64,000 nt of DNA from a virus (taxonomy: Duplodnaviria > Caudoviricetes), in the IMG/VR virus record IMGVR_UViG_3300011871_000002, positions 1-64,000 of that record. One strand, written 5' to 3'. Shown here in pieces: positions 7,085-17,115 of the stretch. The position numbers and the translations under genes are program-made. The notes below the pieces were generated by a model, which was not told the DNA's origin, made no database searches, and worked only from the letters and a program-made list of their open reading frames with translations. Position 1 is the first letter of the stretch; every line of letters starts with the position of its first letter.

Positions 7085-9262
7085 TCAACGATCCGGCTGG
7101 CAATTACGAGAATTCGCTTGGATCAGTTGGTCATAAGTGCCGCGGTTGCCGTCGGCATACTTACCCCACTCGTTGGGACCAATACAGAACGTATGCAGGA
7201 GAGTACCGCGCGGGACCGGGTCACCGGTATCGCACTGTGGGCTATTTGTTTCAAGCAGTTGCTCGTAACTACCGCCACTACCGTCAGCAAACGTACCCCA
7301 CAAATCAGCGGCCACACAGAACAAGCCGAGGCGCTCGCCACGGGGCGGGTAAGGACTATAGCCGCAATCCTTACTATTGGCTTCCAGAAGACCGTTATTC
7401 GAGCCACCGTAACCATTTGCCACCTTGGCCCACTTGTCCACGCCAACACAGAACGTTTCAAGAATGGTACCGGCGGCCGGGTACGGGTTATAACCACACT
7501 CGGTACTGTTGGCCTGAATGATCTTGCTGTAGGTGCCACCAGCGCCGTCAGCGTAAATCCCCCACTTGTCCACTCCCATGCAGTGTGTACTGATCAAGGT
7601 GTCTTTGGGTGTTGGTGCAGTGTATCCGCACTCGGGTGCCGAATACTGGAGCGCTTTGGTGTAGGTGCCGCCAGAACCATCTGCGTATCTTCCATGAAGC
7701 GTAGTGCCTTGACAGAACGTCGACAGAAGCGTGCCTACCGCCGGATACGGGTTGTAGCCGCAATCGGTGCTATTGACTTCGATCAAGTCCGGTGTCTGAC
7801 CACCGTAACCGTCAGCGTAGCGCCCCCACTTATCCATACCAGAACAGAAGGTAGACAAGAGGGTGCCTTTCGGCGGGACTTGGTGAGAGCACTCCAGGCT
7901 GTTATTGGTAATGAGATCGGCGTAGGTGCCACCACTACCGTCGGCAAACACGCCCCATAGGTCGCCACCGACGCAATATTTGCTAATCAAGGTACCGCGC
8001 GGTGGGGGTGGTTCATAACCGCATTCGGTACTGTCGTACTCGATCACGTTATCGTAGGTGCCACCGGTACCATTGGTGAAGGTACCCCACAGATCGTCAC
8101 CCCAGCAATAGGTACTGATCAATTGCCCAGCCGGCGGGTATGGCACATAGCCGCAATCGGTGCTATTGACTTTCTTCAGGCGTTCAGTGTAACCGTTACG
8201 CCCGTCAGCCACTTTCTCCCATTGGTCAAGCCCTTTACAGAACGTTTCAAGAACCGTACCGAGGGCTGGGTATGGCGGTACCGTGGTGAACTTTGCGGCC
8301 GCACTCCAGTCTGACCAAACACCGTCCGCATCTTGGTAACGTACACGCCAGTAATACACTTTCGAGCCTTGCAGCAGCGTCGGAGGAAGGTAAGACGTAG
8401 CGTTTCCTGTGACAGTGGCCATCGCTTGGATGTCCGTGAACGTTTCTGTCAGCGAGATATGAAACTGCGCAGCGCCTTGGTCAACTCCGTACAGGGAGTA
8501 ATACTGAGAGGAGATAAACGATGTTTCCAGTACCACACCAGTCGCATTATGCGCAGGCGTGACTGTCTTCGGTGTTTTCAGCAATGGCAAGTTCTGCGTC
8601 AATTCACTGCGAAGCAGGTATTGTGCATGAGGGTGTGCTGCTGCGCGGTGTGCGTCTAAAGCCGCGGTTGCCGCAGCACTGATTTCCTCTGTGCCGCCCG
8701 AGGTGACGGTCTTAATGAAACTTTCCAGTTTCAAGCGAGTCGGTTCTTCTCCGACCTGCGCTGCTTCTCGAATACGATCGATGGCTTCTTCGATGTATTC
8801 AGCACCGTAGAGTTCTGACACATGGTGCAGGTGCGGTGCTGCCGGATACGTTCCTGGAAGTGGTTTGTCTACTACATCCTCCCAGCGCACACGGCCTTCG
8901 ACACCAAGTGTATCGAGTTCGGCTTGCAGTGCACTCCGAGAATAGTTGATCTCTCCGCCCAAGGCCTGGTAAGTGATCTGAATCTCCGAACCAACGCTAG
9001 GATCGGTGATCAAGATGACGGTGCTGATCCGACTGGCTGCCTTGGCTGTTTCTTCAACCAACATCTCTCCGGTTCGAAACTGCTTAGCAGTAACAGGTCT
9101 GTTGTTGGTTTTGTCAAACACCACCAAACTCTTGGCAAAGAATGCGCCATAGTCAGGAATGGCAATCCGCACAGGGCGGTTTACCAGGGTATGTAATTCG
9201 CTGGATACTTTGTTGGATGCCGCTCGTCCAGTTAAGTCGCGCGGCAAATAAATCAGAGCCAT
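7085..9262 (-). CDS. tail fibre/baseplate protein (phiKZ gp131-family N-domain, FN3-like domain, 9 Cys-pair repeats)
   Basis: DLTGxxxxN N-terminus, PHLHH motif, YYWRVRY...WSDWS FN3-like end, C-terminal repeats. Confidence 0.8.
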   Translation of the reverse strand: MALIYLPRDLTGRAASNKVSSELHTLVNRPVRIAIPDYGAFFAKSLVVFDKTNNRPVTAKQFRTGEMLVEETAKAASRISTVILITDPSVGSEIQITYQALGGEINYSRSALQAELDTLGVEGRVRWEDVVDKPLPGTYPAAPHLHHVSELYGAEYIEEAIDRIREAAQVGEEPTRLKLESFIKTVTSGGTEEISAAATAALDAHRAAAHPHAQYLLRSELTQNLPLLKTPKTVTPAHNATGVVLETSFISSQYYSLYGVDQGAAQFHISLTETFTDIQAMATVTGNATSYLPPTLLQGSKVYYWRVRYQDADGVWSDWSAAAKFTTVPPYPALGTVLETFCKGLDQWEKVADGRNGYTERLKKVNSTDCGYVPYPPAGQLISTYCWGDDLWGTFTNGTGGTYDNVIEYDSTECGYEPPPPRGTLISKYCVGGDLWGVFADGSGGTYADLITNNSLECSHQVPPKGTLLSTFCSGMDKWGRYADGYGGQTPDLIEVNSTDCGYNPYPAVGTLLSTFCQGTTLHGRYADGSGGTYTKALQYSAPECGYTAPTPKDTLISTHCMGVDKWGIYADGAGGTYSKIIQANSTECGYNPYPAAGTILETFCVGVDKWAKVANGYGGSNNGLLEANSKDCGYSPYPPRGERLGLFCVAADLWGTFADGSGGSYEQLLETNSPQCDTGDPVPRGTLLHTFCIGPNEWGKYADGNRGTYDQLIQANSRNCQPDR
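7088..8278 (-). repeat. nine ~132-nt (44-aa) coding repeats
   Basis: Consensus PxPxxGTLLSTFCxGxDxWGxYADGxGGTYxxLIxxNSxECGY. Confidence 0.95.
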
Positions 9263-9276
9263 ACGTTCTCCTCGGA

Positions 9277-10263
9277 TTATGCCGTCGTAAAGGTGGATGT
9301 CAGAGACCAGGGTGACCACTGATCTTCGATATTTTGATACCGAACTCGCCAGTAATATCGGGTCTTGGTAGCGAGCGCATTCGGTAACTGGTGTGATACC
9401 CCAACGGCAGCTTTCGACACACTCATCACCAAGGCCGTAAATCCAGCATCCGTTGCAACTTGAAGATGCAATGCCTTCTGTGGCAGACCATAAAGCGCAC
9501 GGTAAGCGCTACCGGTCAACAGCGGTGTGCGCGAGACCCCTACTGCCTGGGGTGCAGGCGACAGGCACTGTGGCCGGCGCACTGCTGCATAAATGCTCGC
9601 TGCTGCATCAGCCAGTTCCGTTTTACGCAGGTAATACGGATGAGGGTCGGCTGCATTCGTGTGCGCCGTCATGGCAGCTAAAATGTCTGGGGAATTCCCT
9701 ATCGGATACGATTCGGCCTTTTCTTCGACGTAATCCAGGACTTCGTCTTGCGCCGCGATACAGCCATTGACGATACTGCGCGCCACATCGTCGAGCACAT
9801 TCTCCAAGGTGGCGAAACCGAATTCGTCATCCATGAAGTCCTTGTTCTGAAGCGCAGGCGGTGGCGGCAGCAACTCACCCCAACCATCGGGGCGGTTAGC
9901 GGCCACCCGACGCTGGATCATTTCCGCAACTTCCTTTTCCTGCACACTGAAAGAGCCACCCAAGACTTGGTAGGTAATGCGCACGTTCTTGACCGAGTCA
10001 GGTGCTTTGATGACCACCAAGCCACAGATGTCTTTCTTGAATTTGGCTGTGGGTGTTTTGTAACGCCAAACGGCGTAGTACTGCTCAGGCGGCAACGCTT
10101 GGTTGGTGTCAGCGTTCAACACTTGCAGCGTTACAGCATGGAATGCACCGAACTTAGGTGCGATGACCCGCATCTTACCAACTGGCAAAATGTGGGGTTC
10201 CCCGAGGACCAAGTTATGAATACTTGTTCCAGTCGGGTCAATTGGGTAGGTGTCAAGTGCCAT
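9277..10263 (-). CDS. gp131-family fibre/baseplate paralog with FN3-like domain
   Basis: YPIDPTG N-terminus; YYWRVRY...WSPWS...FTT C-terminus. Confidence 0.8.
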   Translation of the reverse strand: MALDTYPIDPTGTSIHNLVLGEPHILPVGKMRVIAPKFGAFHAVTLQVLNADTNQALPPEQYYAVWRYKTPTAKFKKDICGLVVIKAPDSVKNVRITYQVLGGSFSVQEKEVAEMIQRRVAANRPDGWGELLPPPPALQNKDFMDDEFGFATLENVLDDVARSIVNGCIAAQDEVLDYVEEKAESYPIGNSPDILAAMTAHTNAADPHPYYLRKTELADAAASIYAAVRRPQCLSPAPQAVGVSRTPLLTGSAYRALYGLPQKALHLQVATDAGFTALVMSVSKAAVGVSHQLPNALATKTRYYWRVRYQNIEDQWSPWSLTSTFTTA

Positions 10264-10278
10264 GGCGGTGTCCTATGG

Positions 10279-11280
10279 TTAAGTAGCGCGCGTCGTGAAC
10301 GTCGCCGGCGCACTCCAAGGCGACCAACTCAGGTCGTCGGCCTGGTAAGCAACTCGCCAGTAGTAACGCGTGGACGCAGCCAGATTCGAACTGTACTGGT
10401 AACTGGTTATGGTGCCTTGGATGGCTGCATCGATTATCAAGGTGTCGCTGAAATCGGACATCTTAGATACCTGAAAACGTGCCGCCTTTTGTGGGTTGCG
10501 GTACATGCAGTAATACGGCCCTGCTTGCAACAAAACGTTGCGCTGAACACCTGTGGCCGAACCGACAGGAGACACCAGTTTTGGTGCACGCACAATGATG
10601 GCCGCGCTGTCGCTACGTGCGCGCAACACGTAGTTACTGTGCGCTTCCATGTCCTTCTCGTGCAACGCCAAGGCGTCAGCGATCAGGCGCCCTGCGAGCG
10701 TCGCCAGGTTCGACAACAAACGATCAGTGTATTGGTAATAGTTTTCGTAATCCAGTGCCGAAGACAGCTCCATCGTCATGCGTGCACGTTCGATCTCATG
10801 CACCACGGGATCGAATCCGGTCAGGTCGCCGATATCGTGCATATGGCGCACCGGCGTAAAAGAAGTCGGGCGGTTATCGATCGTGGTGTACTGTGTAGGC
10901 CGGCTATCTTTCTTGAGTGCATTGAGCATCTCCAGAATCGGCAGCAGAAGGTTCTCGTACTCCCCACCGACCACTTGGTAATCCAGTTCGATGGTGTCAC
11001 TCACGCCCGCATCTTTGATGATGATGACGCTGTAGACTTCCTTGCCGAACTGGGCGCTCGGTTTGGCCAACAAGCGACCCACGATGTAATCCTTGCCCAG
11101 CTTTAGCAAGGTGTTGGTAGCTTTGTCGCGCACCCTGAGGGTATCAGCAAAAAAGGCACCATAGAGCGGCACCAGTGCCCGATGCTGGCGCTTTTGCAAG
11201 GTGCGCGTTTCGTTCCTAACGAAGTTACTCGGACTTGATCCAGTAGGGTCAAGCTTGTAACGGTAAATATAGCGAGACAT
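10279..11280 (-). CDS. gp131-family fibre/baseplate paralog with FN3-like domain
   Basis: YKLDPTG N-terminus, YQVVGG, HMHD, YYWRVAY...WSPWS; GGAG RBS before 11280. Confidence 0.8.
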   Translation of the reverse strand: MSRYIYRYKLDPTGSSPSNFVRNETRTLQKRQHRALVPLYGAFFADTLRVRDKATNTLLKLGKDYIVGRLLAKPSAQFGKEVYSVIIIKDAGVSDTIELDYQVVGGEYENLLLPILEMLNALKKDSRPTQYTTIDNRPTSFTPVRHMHDIGDLTGFDPVVHEIERARMTMELSSALDYENYYQYTDRLLSNLATLAGRLIADALALHEKDMEAHSNYVLRARSDSAAIIVRAPKLVSPVGSATGVQRNVLLQAGPYYCMYRNPQKAARFQVSKMSDFSDTLIIDAAIQGTITSYQYSSNLAASTRYYWRVAYQADDLSWSPWSAPATFTTRAT

Positions 11281-11367
11281 GGGCACTCCAGTTCTAATGA
11301 TGGGTACTCGAAATATAACCAGCAGCATAGCGTCGGCTATGCTGCTGGTGAGCAAACAGGAAAGAAA

Positions 11368-12066
11368 TTACGGGTGGAATGCGTTGAGGTGACCAGCCAT
11401 CGCGACTGAGATCAGCTGATTAATCCTTGCTTCGGTTTCTTCTTTCGTGAACACGTTCAGTTGCGCCGCCGTCACGCCGTGCGGATTATTCTTGTCGATC
11501 TTGTGCGCTGCCAGATCGTTGCCACCGCGCGTTGCGATTGCCTGGGTCAGTTCACGGATCGAAACGATGACGTCATCCATCCCCTTCATGTTGATCAGGT
11601 CGTGCGGGTGTTCGATGACCGGGAATGCATTGGGTGGATTGACGATCTGTTCCCACGACGTGGTGCGCGGGTTGGACAGGCGGTTGGCCAGGGCTTCGGC
11701 AATCACGGCCGCACTCGGCACCCACTCGCCACCGACGGTTTGGTAGGCCAAGGTGACCGTACCGGCCAGTGCCGTATTCAGGAAGGTAATCGAGCCGTAA
11801 ATCGGCCGCGCGGTGCTGTAGGACGCATCGAGGAACAAGTGCGTGGGGTAGTAATCGATGTTCTTCTTCAAGGTCCGCACCACACCAGTGGCGCTATCCT
11901 TGAACGAGATCGACAGACCTTCTTCAAAGAAAGGTGCAACCTTAGGGATGATGAAGTAGTTATCCCGTGGGTTGGATGCGGTCAGGATCTGTTGTTCCCC
12001 GGCGATCTTATTTGAAGCTTTGGTACCCGTGGGGTCAAACGGATACGATGGGACGGTAGTAGACAT
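11368..12066 (-). CDS. gp131-family baseplate paralog, short form
   Basis: YPFDPTG, YQTVGG, HPHD and NPHGVT motifs. Confidence 0.8.
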   Translation of the reverse strand: MSTTVPSYPFDPTGTKASNKIAGEQQILTASNPRDNYFIIPKVAPFFEEGLSISFKDSATGVVRTLKKNIDYYPTHLFLDASYSTARPIYGSITFLNTALAGTVTLAYQTVGGEWVPSAAVIAEALANRLSNPRTTSWEQIVNPPNAFPVIEHPHDLINMKGMDDVIVSIRELTQAIATRGGNDLAAHKIDKNNPHGVTAAQLNVFTKEETEARINQLISVAMAGHLNAFHP

Positions 12067-12161
12067 CTATAAGCCCTCCAGGGGGTAATCCGATATGTTA
12101 TGGGCTCGGCTGAGCGACTATATAATTTACAAATTGCACCTTTCAAAAGGCGAAATTCATC

Positions 12162-13397
12162 ATGTACACACTTGTTGCAGCAATTGCACGACCGGTAGGC
12201 GGTGGTGGGCGGTGGACATCCGTCGCACTGGGCGAGATGCTTCTGCCCGAGGTGTTCACCACGTATGACCGCGTGCTGGCGACGTTGTCGCACCCGTATT
12301 TAGACAAGCACGTTTGCTTGGATCTGGCCACAATCCGCGCCGACTACGGTAGCCAGGACATTACGTTTAATCAACTACTGACCCTGAACGGTGATGCCAC
12401 GCTCGACACGTTAGACGAGGTGCCTGTTCTTAAAACGCGCTATGCCAAATATAGCGATGTACATCTGGCAGGCTACAAATTACAAGCCGTGCACCCGACT
12501 GCGTCGCCCGATGCGAGCGTGCTCGAATCGGAGAAGACTTGGATCTTGATGAGCAAGAAGGATCTGGATTACAATCTCTTCTACGAAAGCGCCTTGGTCT
12601 CTGTCAATGGTTTCTTGCATCCGACCGATGTGAGTGACCAAGGGGTGTACGTCAAAGAAGGCATGGTGTCGCAGCACCTGTCAGGCAAAGCAGAACTGGG
12701 CATCTTGAGTTTTCGTGAACTCGGGAAACTGAGATTTGTGCCGATCACTGCCGACATGGTCTACAAACAAGACGCCCAGCAAAAGCTGAGCGACCGCGCC
12801 CATGTGGACATCGGTCATGATGTCTCGGACAAGACTGTGATGCTGGTACTGGGTGGCTACCTCCACATCCTGGATGAACGCACGTTCTACCGGGTCAGTG
12901 ACAGTGGTTTCGCAGTGGTGTTTAACAATCTGCCACTGCTAGACCGATACTACGATTCGCGCAACTACATCGACCTGAGTTCGCTCGGTATCGAAACCAG
13001 TAGCCAAAATCCTGCCCACATTGTGGTCGAGGACTTGCTCTCGGATACTGCCCTGACAGCGTACCTATCGTTACCCCAGTCGTTCTTCGTGATCCTCGAC
13101 AACCCCAATGTGTTCGTCGAACGCACGCCCATCCATACCTCGGCATTGCCGGGCGTGTACGTTTCCCAGATCCCACCAGCATACCCTTTGTTGTCGGAAA
13201 TTGGAAAGATGGTAAACTACTGGTATCAGTATGAGACTGGTCAATACTCGGTTACCGTCACCGATGCTTACCGACACGACTACAATTACCGTACCGTGGC
13301 GGCCCGTCAAGCATTGTGTCTGGGCGATAACAGAAACCCTGGCCGGCCTTTCGCCAATGGCGATTTGCAGTACCTACAGATTGGCGCCGATCTCTAG
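12162..13397 (+). CDS. virion structural protein (phiKZ gp130-like by synteny)
   Basis: 411 aa, divergent from the gp131-family cluster; LVSVNGFLH motif. Confidence 0.6.
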   Translation: MYTLVAAIARPVGGGGRWTSVALGEMLLPEVFTTYDRVLATLSHPYLDKHVCLDLATIRADYGSQDITFNQLLTLNGDATLDTLDEVPVLKTRYAKYSDVHLAGYKLQAVHPTASPDASVLESEKTWILMSKKDLDYNLFYESALVSVNGFLHPTDVSDQGVYVKEGMVSQHLSGKAELGILSFRELGKLRFVPITADMVYKQDAQQKLSDRAHVDIGHDVSDKTVMLVLGGYLHILDERTFYRVSDSGFAVVFNNLPLLDRYYDSRNYIDLSSLGIETSSQNPAHIVVEDLLSDTALTAYLSLPQSFFVILDNPNVFVERTPIHTSALPGVYVSQIPPAYPLLSEIGKMVNYWYQYETGQYSVTVTDAYRHDYNYRTVAARQALCLGDNRNPGRPFANGDLQYLQIGADL

Positions 13398-13468
13398 TAT
13401 TGTCGGCGACTCCCACAACCTGCTCCATGTCGCATAGGGGGCGGGTTGTGGGCCTGTATGCCGCGTGG

Positions 13469-14467
13469 TCAACCACCCGAGACGTTCGGGGCCTTGATCG
13501 GCTGGGACGAGATGAGTTTGTCCACTTCAATAGTGCCGCCACCTTTACCGCCACCCGACCACTTCATGCCACCTGACATCGTGGTCAAGCCACTGACACC
13601 CAAGGTGCCTTTGATGCTGTACTCGCCAGTGTGGGTGGTGGTCGCGGTGATACTGCGCGTATCGGCCGAGATCGTGACGGTCTTGGCCTGCAATACATCG
13701 GTATCGGTGGTGGTCTTGTTGGCCTTGGTCGTGAGCGTCATCGAGTTACTCAAGGTGGAGATCATGTCGATGGCGTCGATCGTGACTTTCTTGGTTTTGA
13801 TTTCGACCAGATCGGGGATGTGGATGAAGAGCTTGCGCTTATTCATGTCGATCTTGGCGCCGTCATTATTGAGCAATTCAATCTGACGCTCTTTTGAATT
13901 CATCATGATCGACTGCCCGACGTTGTCTTGGAACTGGAGAAAACCTTCGTCGGCATTGATCTGGATATCGTACTCGCAGAATTCACCATTGGCAGAAGAC
14001 GTGTGCAAGTGGATGAGTTTCCTATGTGACGACATCTCAACGTAGTACGTGGTGTCGCCAGTTGAGCCATCGCTTTCCTTGGTGGTGGCACTAATGGCCC
14101 ATACTACCGTTTCCAGTTTGCGATGGACCAAGTCGTCCATCTCGGTCCAGTAGTATTTCTCCTTGTCGGCAAACTTCCACAACACCACTTGGTCGCCACG
14201 GCGCAGGTCAGGCGAGGTGACACGGTTGCCACGCCCAAAGGGCGACCACTCTGCGGTAACGGCGGTCGACATATCAAGTTCGAGACTATATGCAGCGCCG
14301 GTTTGGTCAGTGCCCTTGGCCGAGAACTTGTCAAGACCTGCATTGATTTCACCGTCCAGATTGGAGGACGCCTCAATCGGCACGACTTCGATGATATTGG
14401 TATCGAGTGGCTTATTGGCTGCCAGGCGTCCGATCGAATAAAACTTCAGCAAAGACACGGTGTGCAT
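13469..14467 (-). CDS. baseplate central spike-like protein (phiKZ gp164-like)
   Basis: NRVTSPDLRRGDQV OB-fold-like motif; Thr/Gly-rich beta-repeat C-terminus; divergent from sbcC. Confidence 0.65.
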   Translation of the reverse strand: MHTVSLLKFYSIGRLAANKPLDTNIIEVVPIEASSNLDGEINAGLDKFSAKGTDQTGAAYSLELDMSTAVTAEWSPFGRGNRVTSPDLRRGDQVVLWKFADKEKYYWTEMDDLVHRKLETVVWAISATTKESDGSTGDTTYYVEMSSHRKLIHLHTSSANGEFCEYDIQINADEGFLQFQDNVGQSIMMNSKERQIELLNNDGAKIDMNKRKLFIHIPDLVEIKTKKVTIDAIDMISTLSNSMTLTTKANKTTTDTDVLQAKTVTISADTRSITATTTHTGEYSIKGTLGVSGLTTMSGGMKWSGGGKGGGTIEVDKLISSQPIKAPNVSGG

Positions 14468-14535
14468 GTTCTTCTTCCTTATCAAAAATTACGTACTTGC
14501 ACCATGTTGTAGATAAGTACAATTACAAGGCCAAC

Positions 14536-17115
14536 ATGAAATACGTTTCCATCGAGGTAACTGGTCACAAACGCTTGCGCCTAAACAGCATTCGGCGTAT
14601 CAAGCTGACCTTTACCGAAATCATTCAAATTCTGCTCGGCTCCAATGGCAGTGGTAAATCCACACTGATGCGGGAACTGTCGATGCTGCCAGCCGAACCT
14701 GCTCAATACGAGAAATGGGGAAGCAAACACGTTACCGCCGAAGCGGACGACGGCCAGCTCTACACAGCCAGTTCTGTCTTTGAACCACATACAAAGTACC
14801 GCTTGGTGCGCCATGACCAAGATGGTGATGTAGTGGTCAACGATTGGGGTACTGCTACGGCCCAGCGCGCAGTGGTCGCGGAACTGTTTAAGCAGACGCC
14901 TGAAATTCGTGACTTGTTGCTGGGAAAAGAACGTTTCACGCAAATGGGTCCCGGTAAACGGCGCGAGTGGTTCATGCGGTTGAACAATGCCAACTACGAC
15001 TACGCGCTGGAAGTTTTCAAGAAGGTCAACCAAGAAGCCAACGACCTAGCCTCGTCTTTGCGGACCGCTAAAAAACGCTTGGTGACCGAGCACGAAAAGA
15101 TTGTCAAGCCGGAAGAAGAGAAAAAGCTTTTCGACGAAGTGAACCAAATCCACCGGGACTTGAACATCCTGATGGAAAATCGCGCGCCGGTTACCAAACC
15201 GTCAAGCGCGTTTGAAGACCAACAGAAACAGCAGCTGGCTGATCTGGAAGTGCTCTCGCGGCAACTACATCGCCTGCGCTTCATGCGGCCAGCAGGTCAC
15301 TACTTCCACTCTAAGTTACCTCGGCACGAGTGGTGCGACCTGACCAAGCCCACCTTCACGAGCCTGAACGAAGTGGCCAGCGAAGTCGAGCGCCTAAAAG
15401 GCGAGGTATCGGTACGTGACGCCTTGATCGGCAAAGCTGTGAAAGAGCACGACCGCTTGAAAGGTGAACTCGACATCCTCATGAAAACCGGGGAAGCAGG
15501 GCTCACGGAACTGCACAAGCGGTTCAAAGCTGTACACGGCCGCAAGATCGACTTTCTGGCCACCCGGACCTTGGTCGATGTGTTGCCGCGACTAGATAGC
15601 ATCCACCCCATCAACGGCATGGGGGCACTCGAATCGGTCTGGGATACCTTAGACGACATTGCTTCGAATATTCCGGATAATTCAGAACGTAGTTACAGTC
15701 AAGTCAAACTGCGGGAGATCGAAGAACAGATCGATCTCAAAACGCGCGAACAACTGCGGCTTAACACTGCACTGAGCAAATTACACACCCGTAAGGAACA
15801 TGCGGACGCGCACCGTGGCAATGGCGAAACCACCTGCCCCAAGTGTAGTTACCGCTGGGTGATCGGTTACAACGAAAGCGAGTACCAGCGCTTGCTCAAT
15901 GGTATTGCTGTGTACGAAGAACAGTCCAAGCAATTGGGCGTCGAGATCAAAGAGCTTCAGGAGCAGTCTGAGCGCAATCGCGAGTACGGTGAACGTTACC
16001 GTAGCTTTATTCGTTTGACGCAAGCATGGCCTGTTTTAGACCCGCTGTGGGACTATCTGATCGAGAAAGAGTTCATCATCCTCAAGCCGCGTTTTATGAT
16101 GGGCTTTGTGGAACGTTTTCGCCACGATTTGCAGATCATGAAAGACGCCCTGCGACTGGATGCGGAACTGGGCGAGATCAGCCACCTGATCGATTCGGCA
16201 GAAAAGCTCGGCGACGCCAGTGTCACCGATGTGCGTGTGGGGCTGGAACAGTGGACCCATGAAATCGAGCAATTGACGAGTGAACGTCATCTGCTGCAAT
16301 TGGATGTGGCAGAATACCAAACCTACCACCGCCAGTTGAAAGAAGGTCAAGAACTGGAATGGCGTATTCTGCAAGCACGCAGCAATGTGGTACAGGTCAA
16401 CGAAGAGTGGATCGAAACGCTGCGCCGGGAAACGATTTTGCACTGCATTCGCCAGTACCAGACCGCGCTGTCACGCAAGGAAGAAGTGCTGTCCTACATG
16501 TCCAACCAAAAGGCCATCGTTGAGAATCTGGAAAACGAGATTCGCGACATGACCATCCGGGAAGAAGCTGCACGTCTTGTGGTGCGGGAGCTTTCTCCTA
16601 CAGAAGGCTTGATTGCTGAAGGACTTTTGGGTTTCATCCGCCACTTTGTGGGCCAGATGAATGGTATCATCAAACGGATTTGGTCGTATCCCTTGGTGGT
16701 ACAGGACTGCGCAGTAGAGAGCCATGGCGGTACCGAACTCGATTACAAGTTCCCGGTGGTGGTCAACGACCAAGAAGACCCGATGGACGATGTCAAGGAT
16801 GGCAGTACCGGCATCATGGAAATCATCGACTTGGCGTTTCGAATTAGCGCCATGCAAGCGCTGGGTCTGGGTAGCAGTCCTTTGTACTTGGATGAGTTCG
16901 GTGCCAGCTTTGACAAACACCACCAGACCATGGCGACGATGACGATCGCCAACATCATGGAAGAGCGGCTGTTCACCCAGCTTTTCATGGTATCGCACTA
17001 TGAAGCCAGCTATGGTGCCATGGCCAATGCAGAAATCTGTATTCTCCACTCTGGTAACATCACGGTGCCAGAAAACCTCCCTTACAACCAACATGTCGAA
17101 TTGGAACAAGCATGA
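14536..17115 (+). CDS. sbcC: SbcC/Rad50-like SMC ATPase
   Basis: Walker A GSNGSGKST, coiled coils, CPKC zinc hook, GSTG signature, LYLDE Walker B, SH loop. Confidence 0.92.
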   Translation: MKYVSIEVTGHKRLRLNSIRRIKLTFTEIIQILLGSNGSGKSTLMRELSMLPAEPAQYEKWGSKHVTAEADDGQLYTASSVFEPHTKYRLVRHDQDGDVVVNDWGTATAQRAVVAELFKQTPEIRDLLLGKERFTQMGPGKRREWFMRLNNANYDYALEVFKKVNQEANDLASSLRTAKKRLVTEHEKIVKPEEEKKLFDEVNQIHRDLNILMENRAPVTKPSSAFEDQQKQQLADLEVLSRQLHRLRFMRPAGHYFHSKLPRHEWCDLTKPTFTSLNEVASEVERLKGEVSVRDALIGKAVKEHDRLKGELDILMKTGEAGLTELHKRFKAVHGRKIDFLATRTLVDVLPRLDSIHPINGMGALESVWDTLDDIASNIPDNSERSYSQVKLREIEEQIDLKTREQLRLNTALSKLHTRKEHADAHRGNGETTCPKCSYRWVIGYNESEYQRLLNGIAVYEEQSKQLGVEIKELQEQSERNREYGERYRSFIRLTQAWPVLDPLWDYLIEKEFIILKPRFMMGFVERFRHDLQIMKDALRLDAELGEISHLIDSAEKLGDASVTDVRVGLEQWTHEIEQLTSERHLLQLDVAEYQTYHRQLKEGQELEWRILQARSNVVQVNEEWIETLRRETILHCIRQYQTALSRKEEVLSYMSNQKAIVENLENEIRDMTIREEAARLVVRELSPTEGLIAEGLLGFIRHFVGQMNGIIKRIWSYPLVVQDCAVESHGGTELDYKFPVVVNDQEDPMDDVKDGSTGIMEIIDLAFRISAMQALGLGSSPLYLDEFGASFDKHHQTMATMTIANIMEERLFTQLFMVSHYEASYGAMANAEICILHSGNITVPENLPYNQHVELEQA

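Noticed and set aside
7088-8278. CRISPR array or diversity-generating retroelement
   Set aside because: Repeats are in-frame coding units with no constant repeat-spacer pattern, no adenine-specific variation and no reverse transcriptase in the window
14407-14535. ORF-track upstream starts for sbcC and several others (9319, 11355, 6655, 41808, 57144, 61314)
   Set aside because: They overlap neighbours or lack an RBS; downstream ATGs fit better
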